From contig CAZYEI010000003.1 of assembly GCA_964646425.1 (NCBI GenBank), forward strand, positions 8,974-72,802: a stretch of DNA of 63,829 nucleotides. Reading direction: 5' to 3'. The DNA is from an uncultured Eubacteriales bacterium (GTDB taxonomy: Bacteria > Bacillota_I > Bacilli_A > RFN20 > JAISJY01). The position numbers and the translations under genes are program-made. This document shows, piece by piece, positions 21,034 to 31,366 of the stretch (positions within the stretch are counted from its first letter, which is position 1; every line of letters starts with the position of its first letter). A model generated the notes under the pieces. That model was given only the letters and a program-made list of their open reading frames with translations, ran no database searches and was not told where the DNA came from.

Positions 21034-22278
21034 ATGATGAGTATATTTAAAAGAAAAAATATAACTTTAGAAAGAGCGTTATTATTCTTTACTTTTTTCT
21101 TTTTTATAGTTTATACATTATTTTCTTATATTGGTGGTAGTTGGTATTTAAAATATACATCAGCTTCAAGTTTAACACAAAATGCTAATAGTGGAACATT
21201 TGTAAAGTTGTTACTTTTTTGTGCATTAGTATGTTTTTTGTTCCTTGTTGTAACTCAATGTTTGAAACAGCGCCTTAGCCCGATTATAATGATATCATTA
21301 ACGATTTTAACATTATTTGGGGTATTTTGGACAGGATATTCTGTTTTAATAGATAATGTTACTATTTTAGTTTTAGTTAGAGACCCCTTTCCGCCGATTA
21401 CTTTATTATTGCCTCTTGCAATACTAATTGGAATAAAAGATAATCTTTGGAAAGATATAAAAAAATATATATTTATATGTTCAATTGTGCTAATATCGGC
21501 TTCTTTTATTAGCGCTATTGACTTTTTAAAGACCTATGGAACAGTATATAGACCTACAGCAAGTGGAATGATTTATTGGTTTTATAAAGGATTTTTCTTG
21601 CTATATGCAACTATCTTATTTACTGATGAATGGAAAAAGAAATATAAACCAATTGTATTCATCCTAATAATAATGTTATTTTTTATTTCTGCTATATTGC
21701 AAGCAAGGTCATGGTTTATTCAAACGATTATTATGTTTATTGTTTATATGGCTACTGCTAAAAATAAGAGAGGCTATAATATTTTAACAATATTGATTTT
21801 GTGCTTGATAATATTAATATTATCTGCAACACATGAAGAAATATTTACGGGACTAATTAAGAGATTCACAACAAGCGGAGATACAAGAAGTGGGCAACTT
21901 GAACAATTCTTTGAACAAGTTGGATTGCCCAATTTCCTTATTGGCCAAGGAATGACTGCTAGTTATAATTTTTCAAATTTTAAGGATTTTAATTATATTG
22001 ATAATCAATTTTTATTGTCGATGTTTAGATATGGAATTATTCCAACAATTTTATACATGTATTTATTAATCTATCCGATTGTTCGTTCTATTGATGAAAG
22101 AAATAAAGTATGTCTAAAACAATCATTTTTAATAATTGTCTGGATTTTTGCAATATTTGGCTTATCTGTTTATTTTAACTTATCATTTGAAATTGCAGGA
22201 TTTGTAATATTTGTTATGGTAGGGAGAATAATTGGACAATTAGAGAAAAGTAGAAATTTATTGTGGAGAGGTGTATAA
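21034..22278 (+). CDS. Polysaccharide polymerase Wzy (putative)
   Basis: About 11 TM segments, late loop with TR.GQ and IGQG..A, DN.F; position in the locus. Confidence 0.7.
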   Translation: MMSIFKRKNITLERALLFFTFFFFIVYTLFSYIGGSWYLKYTSASSLTQNANSGTFVKLLLFCALVCFLFLVVTQCLKQRLSPIIMISLTILTLFGVFWTGYSVLIDNVTILVLVRDPFPPITLLLPLAILIGIKDNLWKDIKKYIFICSIVLISASFISAIDFLKTYGTVYRPTASGMIYWFYKGFFLLYATILFTDEWKKKYKPIVFILIIMLFFISAILQARSWFIQTIIMFIVYMATAKNKRGYNILTILILCLIILILSATHEEIFTGLIKRFTTSGDTRSGQLEQFFEQVGLPNFLIGQGMTASYNFSNFKDFNYIDNQFLLSMFRYGIIPTILYMYLLIYPIVRSIDERNKVCLKQSFLIIVWIFAIFGLSVYFNLSFEIAGFVIFVMVGRIIGQLEKSRNLLWRGV

Positions 22279-22280
22279 AT

Positions 22281-23276
22281 ATGAGAATATTAGTTACTGG
22301 AGCAGCTGGATTTATTGGTTCAAATTTATCTCGAGAATTACTTTTAAGAGGGGATTATGTAGTAGGCATTGATAACTTGAATGAATATTATGATATTAGA
22401 TTAAAATATGATAGGTTAGAAAAGCTTAATAAATTTGATAATTTTTCATTTATAAAAATGGATTTATCTCATAAAAATAATATTGATGATTTATTTGCTA
22501 AAAATGAATTTGATATTGTTGTTAATTTGGGTGCTCAAGCAGGAGTTAGATATTCAATTACTAATCCTCAAGCGTATATGGATAGTAATATGATAGGTTT
22601 TTTTAATATATTAGAAGCTTGTAGACATTCTCGAAGTGTGAAACATCTAGTATTTGCCTCATCATCATCAGTTTACGGAACAAATAAAAAAGTTCCATAT
22701 TCCACAAATGATAAAGTTGATAATCCAGTATCATTATACGCCGCAACAAAAAAATCTAATGAATTAATGGCACATGCATATTCTAAATTATATGGAATCC
22801 CGTGTACTGGATTAAGATTTTTTACTGTTTATGGTCCAATGGGAAGACCGGATATGGCTTATTTTGGATTTACTAACAAAATGGTCAAAGGTGAGCCAAT
22901 TCAAATATATAATTATGGAGATATGTATAGAGATTTCACTTATATAGATGATATTGTCAAAGGAATAATATCTGTAATTGATAAAATTCCAGTTGCAACT
23001 GAAGATGGTGCAAAATATAAAATTTATAACATTGGAAATAATAAACCAGAAAGCCTAATGTATTTTGTAGAAACTCTTGAAAAATGTTTATTAGAAGAAG
23101 GAGTTATTAAAGAACATGCAAAAAAAGAACTACTCCCAATGCAACCAGGAGATGTTTATCAAACATATGCAGATGTTGATGATTTAGTGAAAGATTTTAA
23201 TTTTAAACCTTGTACTCCATTAGAAGAAGGCTTAAGAAAGTTTGCTAAATGGTATAAAGAATATTATAAGATATAA
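22281..23276 (+). CDS. UDP-glucuronate 4-epimerase
   Basis: TGAAGFIG, LGAQAGVRYS, ASSSSVYG, YAATKKSNE, RFFTVYGPMGRPDMAYF, QPGDV. Confidence 0.88.
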   Translation: MRILVTGAAGFIGSNLSRELLLRGDYVVGIDNLNEYYDIRLKYDRLEKLNKFDNFSFIKMDLSHKNNIDDLFAKNEFDIVVNLGAQAGVRYSITNPQAYMDSNMIGFFNILEACRHSRSVKHLVFASSSSVYGTNKKVPYSTNDKVDNPVSLYAATKKSNELMAHAYSKLYGIPCTGLRFFTVYGPMGRPDMAYFGFTNKMVKGEPIQIYNYGDMYRDFTYIDDIVKGIISVIDKIPVATEDGAKYKIYNIGNNKPESLMYFVETLEKCLLEEGVIKEHAKKELLPMQPGDVYQTYADVDDLVKDFNFKPCTPLEEGLRKFAKWYKEYYKI

Positions 23277-23317
23277 AAAAGACTAATTTAGATTTTCTAA
23301 CCTAAATTAGTCTTTTT
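23276..23317. terminator. Bidirectional terminator
   Basis: AAAAAGACTAATTTAG-10 nt-CTAAATTAGTCTTTTT. Confidence 0.8.
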
Positions 23318-23319
23318 GC

Positions 23320-24537
23320 TTAATCTCTATAAAATAGATCTCTTGTGTATGTTTTATTTTTAACACTGTCTAAAGATTTATTATATCTATTTGCTAAAAT
23401 AATAGTTGATGTATTTTTAAAATGCTCTAATGAGTGTTCAACAGGATAATCTGCAAAGGTATCAGCAGTTAATGTTGGTTCATAAATTACTAATTTAACA
23501 TTTTTTTCTTTTATTCTTTTCATTATTCCTTGGATAGCGGAAGCTCTAAAGTTATCTGAATTAGATTTCATTGTTAATCTATAAATACCAATAATAATAT
23601 TTGAATTGTCACAATCTTCTTTATATCCAGCTAATTCTAAAACTTTGTTAGCAATAAAATCTTTTCTTGTATGATTTGAAGCAACGATAGCTTTAACTAA
23701 ATCATTTGGAACATTTTCAAAGTTGGCTCTTAATTGTCTAGTATCTTTTGGTAAACAATATCCACCATAGCCAAATGAAGGGTTATTATAGTGATTGCCG
23801 ATTCTTGAATCTAGTCCCACCCCAGTGATAATGTCATAAGAACTCAATCCTTTAATTTCACAATAAGTGTCTAATTCATTAAAATAAGCAACACGCATTG
23901 CTAAGTAAGTATTTGAAAATAGCTTAACTGCTTCTGCTTCAGAAGAATTCATAAATAAAATAGGAGTATCTTTTCTTAAAGAACCTTCTTTAAGAAGATT
24001 TGCAAAAATTTTTGCAGCGTCCTTTGATTTTTCATCATTATTATGACTAACTATGATTCTTGAAGGATATAAGTTGTCATATAAAGCTTTAGATTCTCGT
24101 AAAAATTCTGGTGAAAAAAGAATAGTTAAATCAGAATAGTTATTTTTGATTTTTTCTATATATCCAACAGGAATCGTAGATTTAATAACTACAATAGCTT
24201 GTTTATTTATTTTATTAATTAAATCTAGAACACTTTCAATTGATGATGTGTCAAAGAAATTCTTTTCAGTATCATAATTTGTAGGTGTAGAAATAATAAT
24301 AAATTCTGCATCTTTATAAGCTTTATTTGCATCAGTGGTAGCAGTTAAATTTAATTTTTTTGTCTTAAAATATTCTTCAATTTCATTATCTTGAATCGGA
24401 GAAATTCTTTTGTTGATTAAATCAACTTTTTCTTTAATTATATCTACCGCAATAACTTCATTTTTTTGCGATAGTAAAACTGCTAAAGACAAACCAACAT
24501 ATCCAGTCCCAGCAATAGCTATTTTATATTTCACCAC
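23320..24537 (-). CDS. ugd: UDP-glucose 6-dehydrogenase
   Basis: [48 protein letters not shown]. Confidence 0.95.
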   Translation of the reverse strand: MVKYKIAIAGTGYVGLSLAVLLSQKNEVIAVDIIKEKVDLINKRISPIQDNEIEEYFKTKKLNLTATTDANKAYKDAEFIIISTPTNYDTEKNFFDTSSIESVLDLINKINKQAIVVIKSTIPVGYIEKIKNNYSDLTILFSPEFLRESKALYDNLYPSRIIVSHNNDEKSKDAAKIFANLLKEGSLRKDTPILFMNSSEAEAVKLFSNTYLAMRVAYFNELDTYCEIKGLSSYDIITGVGLDSRIGNHYNNPSFGYGGYCLPKDTRQLRANFENVPNDLVKAIVASNHTRKDFIANKVLELAGYKEDCDNSNIIIGIYRLTMKSNSDNFRASAIQGIMKRIKEKNVKLVIYEPTLTADTFADYPVEHSLEHFKNTSTIILANRYNKSLDSVKNKTYTRDLFYRD

Positions 24538-24707
24538 AAATATTACCTCAACTTTACTAACATAAAAAATATATCACAAAATATATTTATATTCAAGAAT
24601 TGAAGTCAAAACAAAACGATATTTATGTAAATTTTTTCATTTAAGCTGCTATTTTATCTAAAAAAGTCAGTTTATAATTTTAATGATTTTATTAATCATC
24701 TATAAAA

Positions 24708-24736
24708 TTGACATTAATTATATGCGAGTGTATAAT
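24708..24736 (+). promoter_or_regulatory. Consensus sigA promoter of wzx unit
   Basis: TTGACA-17 nt-TATAAT perfect match. Confidence 0.85.
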
Positions 24737-24766
24737 CTAATTATTGTTAATTAGGAGGAAATATAA

Positions 24767-26218
24767 ATGAAAAGTAATGAATCATTATTTGTAAAATTTT
24801 CTCCAAAAAACATTATTAATAAATGGAAAAAAACATTTAAAATTATTTTTAATAGGGATATAGATACTTCAACTGATGAAGGTAGAGAAGAAAAACGTCA
24901 ACAAGCAATTACATTAACTGCAGTAATTGCTTCAGTTGCTAAAATTATTGCATTATTAATACCTTTTATTACGGTAAAAATTACTAGAAGCTATTTAGGC
25001 GAAGAAATATATGGCCTTTGGAGTTCGGTAAATTCTTTTTTTGCACTATTTGCATTTGCTGATTTAGGGCTTGGTAGTGGACTTCAAACAAATTTAAGTA
25101 AAGCTACAGGGAAAAATAATAATGAAGATGAATGTAAAAAACTAATATCTAGTACATTTATAATGCTATTTGCTGTTGCTGGTATTGTTATATTCTTATT
25201 CTTAGGCTGTTATTATTTTGTTGATTGGGCAAAAATTGTTGGTGCTAAAAGCCCAGAAGCTGTTGCACTAGCTGGACCAGTGTTTTTGGCGATTGTGATT
25301 CCAAAGTTAATTGATATTCCGATTGCATTAACACAAAGAACTCAAGTTGCGTTACAAGAAGGATATAATTATTATATTTGGTCAATAGTGGGTAGTTTTT
25401 TATCACTTGGTTCAGTATATTTAAATTATTATTTAGAAAGTCCAAAATTTGTAATGATTTTATGTTCGGCTACAATACCAACAATTGTTTCTATTTTAAA
25501 TTTCGTCTATTATTTTTGTTTTTCGAAAAGAAAAATATTTTTTCCTAAAATTAGATATTTTAATTTTAATACATGTAAAATGATGTTAGCAACAGGAGTT
25601 GGATTTTTGATTATCCATATTTTAATGAATATTGGATTAAGCAATATGGATAGTTTTATAGTCGGTAATATCGATGATTTATCTATGGCTGGTGATTACT
25701 CGATATGTTTGAAAGTTGCCTCTGTTATTAATGTAGTAGTTAATATGTTTGGACTGCCTTTGTGGGGGGTATATGGAGAGGCTTTAGAGCATGGTGATGT
25801 AAAATATGTAAAGAGACATGTTACAAAAAGAGCTTTTTTTATGCTAGGTATCACTTTATTTGCCACATTATGTGGGATGATTCTTTCTCCTATAGCATTT
25901 AAAATAATTGTAGGTAATGATTTTTATTATAATCCATGGACATTATTAGGAATGTTTTTACTTCAATGTTCATTTGGCTTTTTAAGCTCATTTCTTATGA
26001 TTCTAAATGGAACAGGAAATATAAAAATGCAAATTCTTGCATATGGAATATTTACTCCAATTTCGTTTATATTAAAATGGATATTATCTCCAATTTATGG
26101 TGTTGGAATCATGCCATGGATAACAATGATTACTTATATAGCTGTTATGTTTCCAATAATTATAATTAGTGCTTTAAAAATTATAAATAAATACGAAAAA
26201 GCGAAAGAGGGCATTTAG
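24767..26218 (+). CDS. Oligosaccharide flippase Wzx
   Basis: About 12 TM segments, YLG.E.YGLW, DLGLGSGL; within polysaccharide locus. Confidence 0.85.
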   Translation: MKSNESLFVKFSPKNIINKWKKTFKIIFNRDIDTSTDEGREEKRQQAITLTAVIASVAKIIALLIPFITVKITRSYLGEEIYGLWSSVNSFFALFAFADLGLGSGLQTNLSKATGKNNNEDECKKLISSTFIMLFAVAGIVIFLFLGCYYFVDWAKIVGAKSPEAVALAGPVFLAIVIPKLIDIPIALTQRTQVALQEGYNYYIWSIVGSFLSLGSVYLNYYLESPKFVMILCSATIPTIVSILNFVYYFCFSKRKIFFPKIRYFNFNTCKMMLATGVGFLIIHILMNIGLSNMDSFIVGNIDDLSMAGDYSICLKVASVINVVVNMFGLPLWGVYGEALEHGDVKYVKRHVTKRAFFMLGITLFATLCGMILSPIAFKIIVGNDFYYNPWTLLGMFLLQCSFGFLSSFLMILNGTGNIKMQILAYGIFTPISFILKWILSPIYGVGIMPWITMITYIAVMFPIIIISALKIINKYEKAKEGI

Positions 26219-27205
26219 ATGGAACAAAATAAAAAAATAAAGTTTGTTATAGCTAAACCTTCATACGGAAATGTTTATGATTATTGTTATAAAGAACTTG
26301 AAAATAAAGATAATGTTGATTTGTTAGATAGTTTTATTAATTTCAAATCAAAAAAAGAAGAAAAAATATATTATAAACACTTTACTCCAAAAATGTGGTT
26401 GCCATTTAGAAGTTTTTGGAACAAAAGGTATTTTAATACTAAATTTGATACTTATGATAAAATTTATTTTATTTTAGGAAGTTTGAATAAAAATATATAT
26501 AAATATGGACTTGTAACATATTTAAAGAAGAAATATAAAAATGCAAAATTTATTTTATATTTTAATGATTTAGTTTATAAAAATTATAAAACTGCAAAGG
26601 AAGAAAAATTATTGAAGCAATTTGATGCTGTACTCTCATTTGATTATAACGATTGCAAAAAATATGGATTTTATAATCATCCGTTAGTATATTCAAAGCC
26701 GGAAAATATTGAAAATAATGCTGAAGATATTGATGTTTATTTCTGTGGTAAAGATAAAAATAGATTAGATTTAATAATGAAGTCTTTTTATTATCTAAAG
26801 AGCAAGGGATTAAAGTGTTTATTTATGATTTATGGTGTTCCTCAAGAAAAAAGAGAAAACATTGATGGATTGGAATATTTAGATAATTTCATGCCTTATG
26901 AACAAAATTTAGAGTATCTAAAGAGATCAAAATGCATTTTAGAAATAATGCAAGAAGGTGGAAATGGTTACACATTACGAACATGTGAAGCAGTTGCTTA
27001 TAATAAAAAGATAATTACTAATAATAAAATATTAAAAGAAGCAGATTTCTATGATGAAAATATGATTGCTTTTTTTGATGATGCTGAAGATATTGATATT
27101 AAATTTATAAAAAAAGAAAGAGGAAAATATTTAGATAATAATTATTTTACTCCTTTAAAATTATTGGATAAAGTAGTAAAAATTTTCCAGCAAGAGGTTG
27201 AATAA
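26219..27205 (+). CDS. Putative glycosyltransferase, distant relative of 14534-15493
   Basis: LSFDYND, YFCGKDKNR, GYTLRTCEAV..KKIITNN. Confidence 0.55.
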   Translation: MEQNKKIKFVIAKPSYGNVYDYCYKELENKDNVDLLDSFINFKSKKEEKIYYKHFTPKMWLPFRSFWNKRYFNTKFDTYDKIYFILGSLNKNIYKYGLVTYLKKKYKNAKFILYFNDLVYKNYKTAKEEKLLKQFDAVLSFDYNDCKKYGFYNHPLVYSKPENIENNAEDIDVYFCGKDKNRLDLIMKSFYYLKSKGLKCLFMIYGVPQEKRENIDGLEYLDNFMPYEQNLEYLKRSKCILEIMQEGGNGYTLRTCEAVAYNKKIITNNKILKEADFYDENMIAFFDDAEDIDIKFIKKERGKYLDNNYFTPLKLLDKVVKIFQQEVE

Positions 27206-27206
27206 A

Positions 27207-28283
27207 ATGAAAAAAGTAATGTTTGTAATTGGTGGATTGGCTAATGGAGGCGCAGAAAGAGTAATTACTTCTATTTCGAGTGCAATTGCTGAAAGGGGAT
27301 ATGATGTTGTTTTATTAACGTATTATAAATCGGATAATGAATATAGCTATTCATCAAAAATTAAAAGAATATGTCTTGCTGATGGATATTATGATAATTA
27401 TATAAAAATGTCAACAATAAAAAAAATAAGAAATATTAGAAAGATTATTAAAAAAGAAAAACCTGATGAAATAATTTGTTTTTTATCTAATCCATCTGTT
27501 TACGTTTTTCTTTCTACAATTTTTACAAAATATAGAAAAAAGATTTCTTTTGCAATTAGAGCAAATCCTAAAGTAGAAAAAGGAAAGATTGCAAAATTTC
27601 AAAAGATTTTTTCTAGATATGTAAAAAATATAATTGTCCAAAACAAAGGCCAAATAACTTGCTTTTCGCTTAAAGTACAAAATAAAATTGTTGTTATACC
27701 GAATCCAATGTATGATGAATTATTTGAAAAAGAAAAAGCATATAGTCATGTACCAACAAAAATTGTTTCTGTCGGAAGACTGACAGACCAAAAAAACTAT
27801 GATCTTGCTATTGAGGTTTTTAATGAGATTCATAAAACTAATTTTAATATAGAGTATTATATTTATGGTGTTGGAAATAAAGAAGAATATCTGCAAAATA
27901 AAATTAATGAATTAAAACTAAATAATTCTATAAAACTTATGGGATTTGAAAATGACAGAAATCTAATATATTTGGATAAGGATATATATTTGATGACATC
28001 AAAATATGAAGGTATGCCAAACACTTTAGCAGAAGCTATGTGTATGGGAGTCCCTTCTATTTCAACTAATTGTGAGTTTGGACCATCAGATTTAATTATG
28101 AATGAAAATATGGGGATATTAGTTAATGATTATGAATGTGCAACACTTGTGAAAGCTATAGAAAAAATAATTAATAATTATCAAGAATATGTAGATAAAG
28201 CAAGATATGCTAAGAAAGTTTTAAGAGATACTTATTCATATGAAAAAATAATTCAAAAATGGATTGATTTTATAAATAAATAA
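27207..28283 (+). CDS. GT4 glycosyltransferase (PglJ-like), paralog of 19881-20969
   Basis: LANGGAERV, VGRLTDQKN, EGMPNTLAEA, STNCEFGP. Confidence 0.85.
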   Translation: MKKVMFVIGGLANGGAERVITSISSAIAERGYDVVLLTYYKSDNEYSYSSKIKRICLADGYYDNYIKMSTIKKIRNIRKIIKKEKPDEIICFLSNPSVYVFLSTIFTKYRKKISFAIRANPKVEKGKIAKFQKIFSRYVKNIIVQNKGQITCFSLKVQNKIVVIPNPMYDELFEKEKAYSHVPTKIVSVGRLTDQKNYDLAIEVFNEIHKTNFNIEYYIYGVGNKEEYLQNKINELKLNNSIKLMGFENDRNLIYLDKDIYLMTSKYEGMPNTLAEAMCMGVPSISTNCEFGPSDLIMNENMGILVNDYECATLVKAIEKIINNYQEYVDKARYAKKVLRDTYSYEKIIQKWIDFINK

Positions 28284-29203
28284 TGCAAAGGGGATGCTCT
28301 AAAATGATAGAAAGAGTAAAACTTTTTATTCAAAAAATTATAACAAAAGTAAAAAGAAAATTATTTGAAAATAAAAAAATTGATAATGATAAGGATTATC
28401 TAATAAATCTTGGTAAAATTAGGATTAATTATAAAATGAATTTAGATAATCCTAAGTCATTTAATGAAAAAATAAATTGGTATAAAATAAATTATAGAAA
28501 TGATTTAATGGTAATATGTACTGATAAATATACTGTTAGAGATTATGTTAAAGAAAAAGGATTGGAAAGAATACTTTTAAAAGACTATGGTATCTATGAT
28601 AAGGTCGAAGATATCAATCTAGATAGTTTGCCAAGTCATTTTGTTGCTAAAGTGACAGGAGATTCTGGTGGGGTCGTTGTTTGTAAAGATAAATCAAAGT
28701 TCTATGCTCAAATCGGAAATAAATTTTCTTATTTGGACAAAGATTATTCTGCTACTAATAAAGAATGGCCGTATCATTACATTAATAATCGAATTATTGT
28801 AGAAGAATTAATTGAAACTGAAAATGGAAAGTCTCCTAATGATTATAAATTCTTTTGTTTTAATGGCGAGCCAAAGTTTTTGTTTGTGGCAAGTGATAGG
28901 GATACTAATTGCAAATTTGATTTTTATGATATGGAATGGAATCATATTAATGTAATTCAAGGCCATCCTCATAATAAAATAGGAATAAAAAAACCCGAAA
29001 AATTTGCAGAGATGGTAGAAATATGTAAAATATTATCAAAGGATTTTCCTCATGTCAGAGTCGACTTATATTATGAAAATGGAAAGATTTATTTTGGCGA
29101 ATTAACTTTTTTTCATTATTCTGGATTAACACCATTTATGCCAAGAAAATTTGACTATGAATTTGGGAAATATTTTGATATTACAGGTATAAAGAATAAT
29201 TAG
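28283..29203 (+). CDS. TupA-like ATP-grasp amide ligase
   Basis: NPKSFNEKINW, DKYTVRDYV, IIVEELI, DYKFFCFNGEP, HVRVDLY, YFGELTF. Confidence 0.85.
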   Translation: MQRGCSKMIERVKLFIQKIITKVKRKLFENKKIDNDKDYLINLGKIRINYKMNLDNPKSFNEKINWYKINYRNDLMVICTDKYTVRDYVKEKGLERILLKDYGIYDKVEDINLDSLPSHFVAKVTGDSGGVVVCKDKSKFYAQIGNKFSYLDKDYSATNKEWPYHYINNRIIVEELIETENGKSPNDYKFFCFNGEPKFLFVASDRDTNCKFDFYDMEWNHINVIQGHPHNKIGIKKPEKFAEMVEICKILSKDFPHVRVDLYYENGKIYFGELTFFHYSGLTPFMPRKFDYEFGKYFDITGIKNN

Positions 29204-29297
29204 AGATACATTATGATAATGAAAGCATTATTACAAAAAAATAAGAAAATATAAGTATCATTATTAAATAATAAATATAAAATTAGAGTACAAATTT

Positions 29298-29325
29298 AAA
29301 GTATTAGGACAACCTAATACTTTTT
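29298..29325 (+). terminator. Intrinsic terminator
   Basis: AAAGTATTAGG-ACAA-CCTAATACTTT followed by further T. Confidence 0.7.
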
Positions 29326-29400
29326 AGTATATATAATAAAAAATAAAAGTAGTTTAATATTTTTTTTTATTGTATAATAAAACAAAGGTTGTGAATCTAA

Positions 29401-30561
29401 ATGTACGATATAAAAATTAAACAATTTTTAAGATATTTATTTCTTTCTGCAAGTGAAGACAAATTTGAGTATAACGATAAATTAGATTTTGAACTATTTT
29501 TACCTATTGCTACTCGAAATAGAGTAACAAATATAATGTTTTATGGCTTAAAAAATATATCTAAAGAAAATGTTCCTAGCAAAGAGATAATTAATAGATT
29601 GCAAAGTGATTGTATGTTATATGGAGTAAAAGCTTTTCATCAAGAAAAAGCTTTTAAAGCTATTGCTAATGAATATGAGAAAGAAAATTTAAAATTAACT
29701 GTAATTAAAGGACAAATATTGAAAAGTCTATATCTTAAAGAAGATATGAGAGTAATGGGTGACATAGATTTTATTGTTCCTAATAATGATTATTTAAAAG
29801 GAAGAAAAATACTTGTGGATAAATTTGGTTATATAATCGAACATGAAGACAAAGATGAGCTATGTGCATTAAATTCTCAAAAAGTATGTGTGGAACTTCA
29901 TCAGCATTTGGTAACGGAATTATCGAATAATCAAAAGTATTTTGATAAAACATATTTATCACATATTATTAAAAAAGAAAATTATTATGTTTTAGATAAA
30001 GATTATCATTTCATTTATATGATGGATCATATTTATAAGCATTTTATTGATGGAGGTTTAGGCTTAAAATATATATTAGATTTTGCGTTGTATATAAAAA
30101 AATATCCCGATGTTATCAAAAATACTATTGCGGAACTTAAAAAATTAGGCCTTGCAAATTTAACTTTAGGTTTTTTGCAAGTTTGTAATGATTGTATTGA
30201 CTTAGATGTATCGGTTCAATTAAATTTGTTTAATAAAAGAATCAATGAACAAGCATTGCAAAAATTAATTATATTAATGTTAAAAAATGGTGAATATGGT
30301 ACTGTCGAAAGTCGAGTTAATGCTAAAAATGTACAAGGAACATTTTTTAAACGAATGAAAAGAAGATTGTTTCCAATGGTTGTGAGACCTGGAAAAAATA
30401 AACTTGCTGAATTTATTTTATATCCATTTAGATTAGTTTGCTATTGGTTTTCTTTTTTGTTTAAAAATTTAGGTTATGTTTTCTTAGTTTTGAAAAAGCG
30501 TTCTAATATTGATTTAAAAGAAAAAATAGATTTAAAAAATATGTTTGATGAACTGAAGTAA
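29401..30561 (+). CDS. Uncharacterised nucleotidyltransferase (NTP_transf_5-like)
   Basis: VIKGQIL..LY....R.MGDIDF, VELH, H..KHF..GG.GL..ILD. Confidence 0.75.
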   Translation: MYDIKIKQFLRYLFLSASEDKFEYNDKLDFELFLPIATRNRVTNIMFYGLKNISKENVPSKEIINRLQSDCMLYGVKAFHQEKAFKAIANEYEKENLKLTVIKGQILKSLYLKEDMRVMGDIDFIVPNNDYLKGRKILVDKFGYIIEHEDKDELCALNSQKVCVELHQHLVTELSNNQKYFDKTYLSHIIKKENYYVLDKDYHFIYMMDHIYKHFIDGGLGLKYILDFALYIKKYPDVIKNTIAELKKLGLANLTLGFLQVCNDCIDLDVSVQLNLFNKRINEQALQKLIILMLKNGEYGTVESRVNAKNVQGTFFKRMKRRLFPMVVRPGKNKLAEFILYPFRLVCYWFSFLFKNLGYVFLVLKKRSNIDLKEKIDLKNMFDELK

Positions 30562-30637
30562 AAATAGAGCTTATAAAACTTGTTTATATTAATATAAAAT
30601 GCTAAAATATTTGTGTATGTAAAAAGGAGAAAAACTT

Positions 30638-31366
30638 ATGAGTAGTAATAAATATGAAATAAAAACTATTACTGATCCTCGTTCTTTATATAGTGAAGCT
30701 TTTAGAAGACTTCAAGTTAATATTCAATATGCTTCTGTAGATACACCATATAAAGTTATTCAAGTAGCATCAAGTAAACCAGGAGAAGGGAAAACAACAA
30801 CTGCGTTAAATTTAGCAGCTGTTTATGCTGAAAAGAAGAAGAAAGTTATAATTGTTGATTTGGATTTAAGGAGTCCTAAAATTCATCGAGCATTTAAACT
30901 TCATTCAAATGAACTTCCAGGTGTTACACAATATATTTTAGGTAATGCAAAGTTAGAAGATATTATTTATCATAGCGAGTATGGGATTGATGTAATCACA
31001 AGGGGAGAAAAAATTACTTTTCCTGAGACATTATTAGATTCTCGTGTTTTAGAGGAATTAATTAATAATTTAAGAAAAATGTATGATTATGTAATTTTAG
31101 ATTGTCCTCCTGTATTATTGGTTACAGACCCAATTATTATTTCAAAATACTCAGATTGTCAAATATTTATTGTTTCCCATAAGAAAACAAAAAAAGCCGA
31201 AGCAGTAGAAGCAATTAAACTTATGAAAAAGGCAAAAGCAAATATAGCAGGTGTCGTCATGCAAGGAGTAAAAAAAGCAACGACATATCGTGAAAAATAC
31301 TTCTATGGTTACTATTCATATAATGAATTTGAAATATATGGAAAAAACAAAGGAGGTAAAAAATAA
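30638..31366 (+). CDS. cpsD: BY-kinase catalytic subunit CpsD/CapB
   Basis: SEAFR, SSKPGEGKTT, VDLDLR.P, ILDCPP, Tyr-rich C-terminal tail. Confidence 0.9.
   Translation: MSSNKYEIKTITDPRSLYSEAFRRLQVNIQYASVDTPYKVIQVASSKPGEGKTTTALNLAAVYAEKKKKVIIVDLDLRSPKIHRAFKLHSNELPGVTQYILGNAKLEDIIYHSEYGIDVITRGEKITFPETLLDSRVLEELINNLRKMYDYVILDCPPVLLVTDPIIISKYSDCQIFIVSHKKTKKAEAVEAIKLMKKAKANIAGVVMQGVKKATTYREKYFYGYYSYNEFEIYGKNKGGKK

Noticed and set aside
23276-24740. Invertible segment explaining the reversed ugd
   Set aside because: No matching inverted repeats at the two flanks and no recombinase in the window
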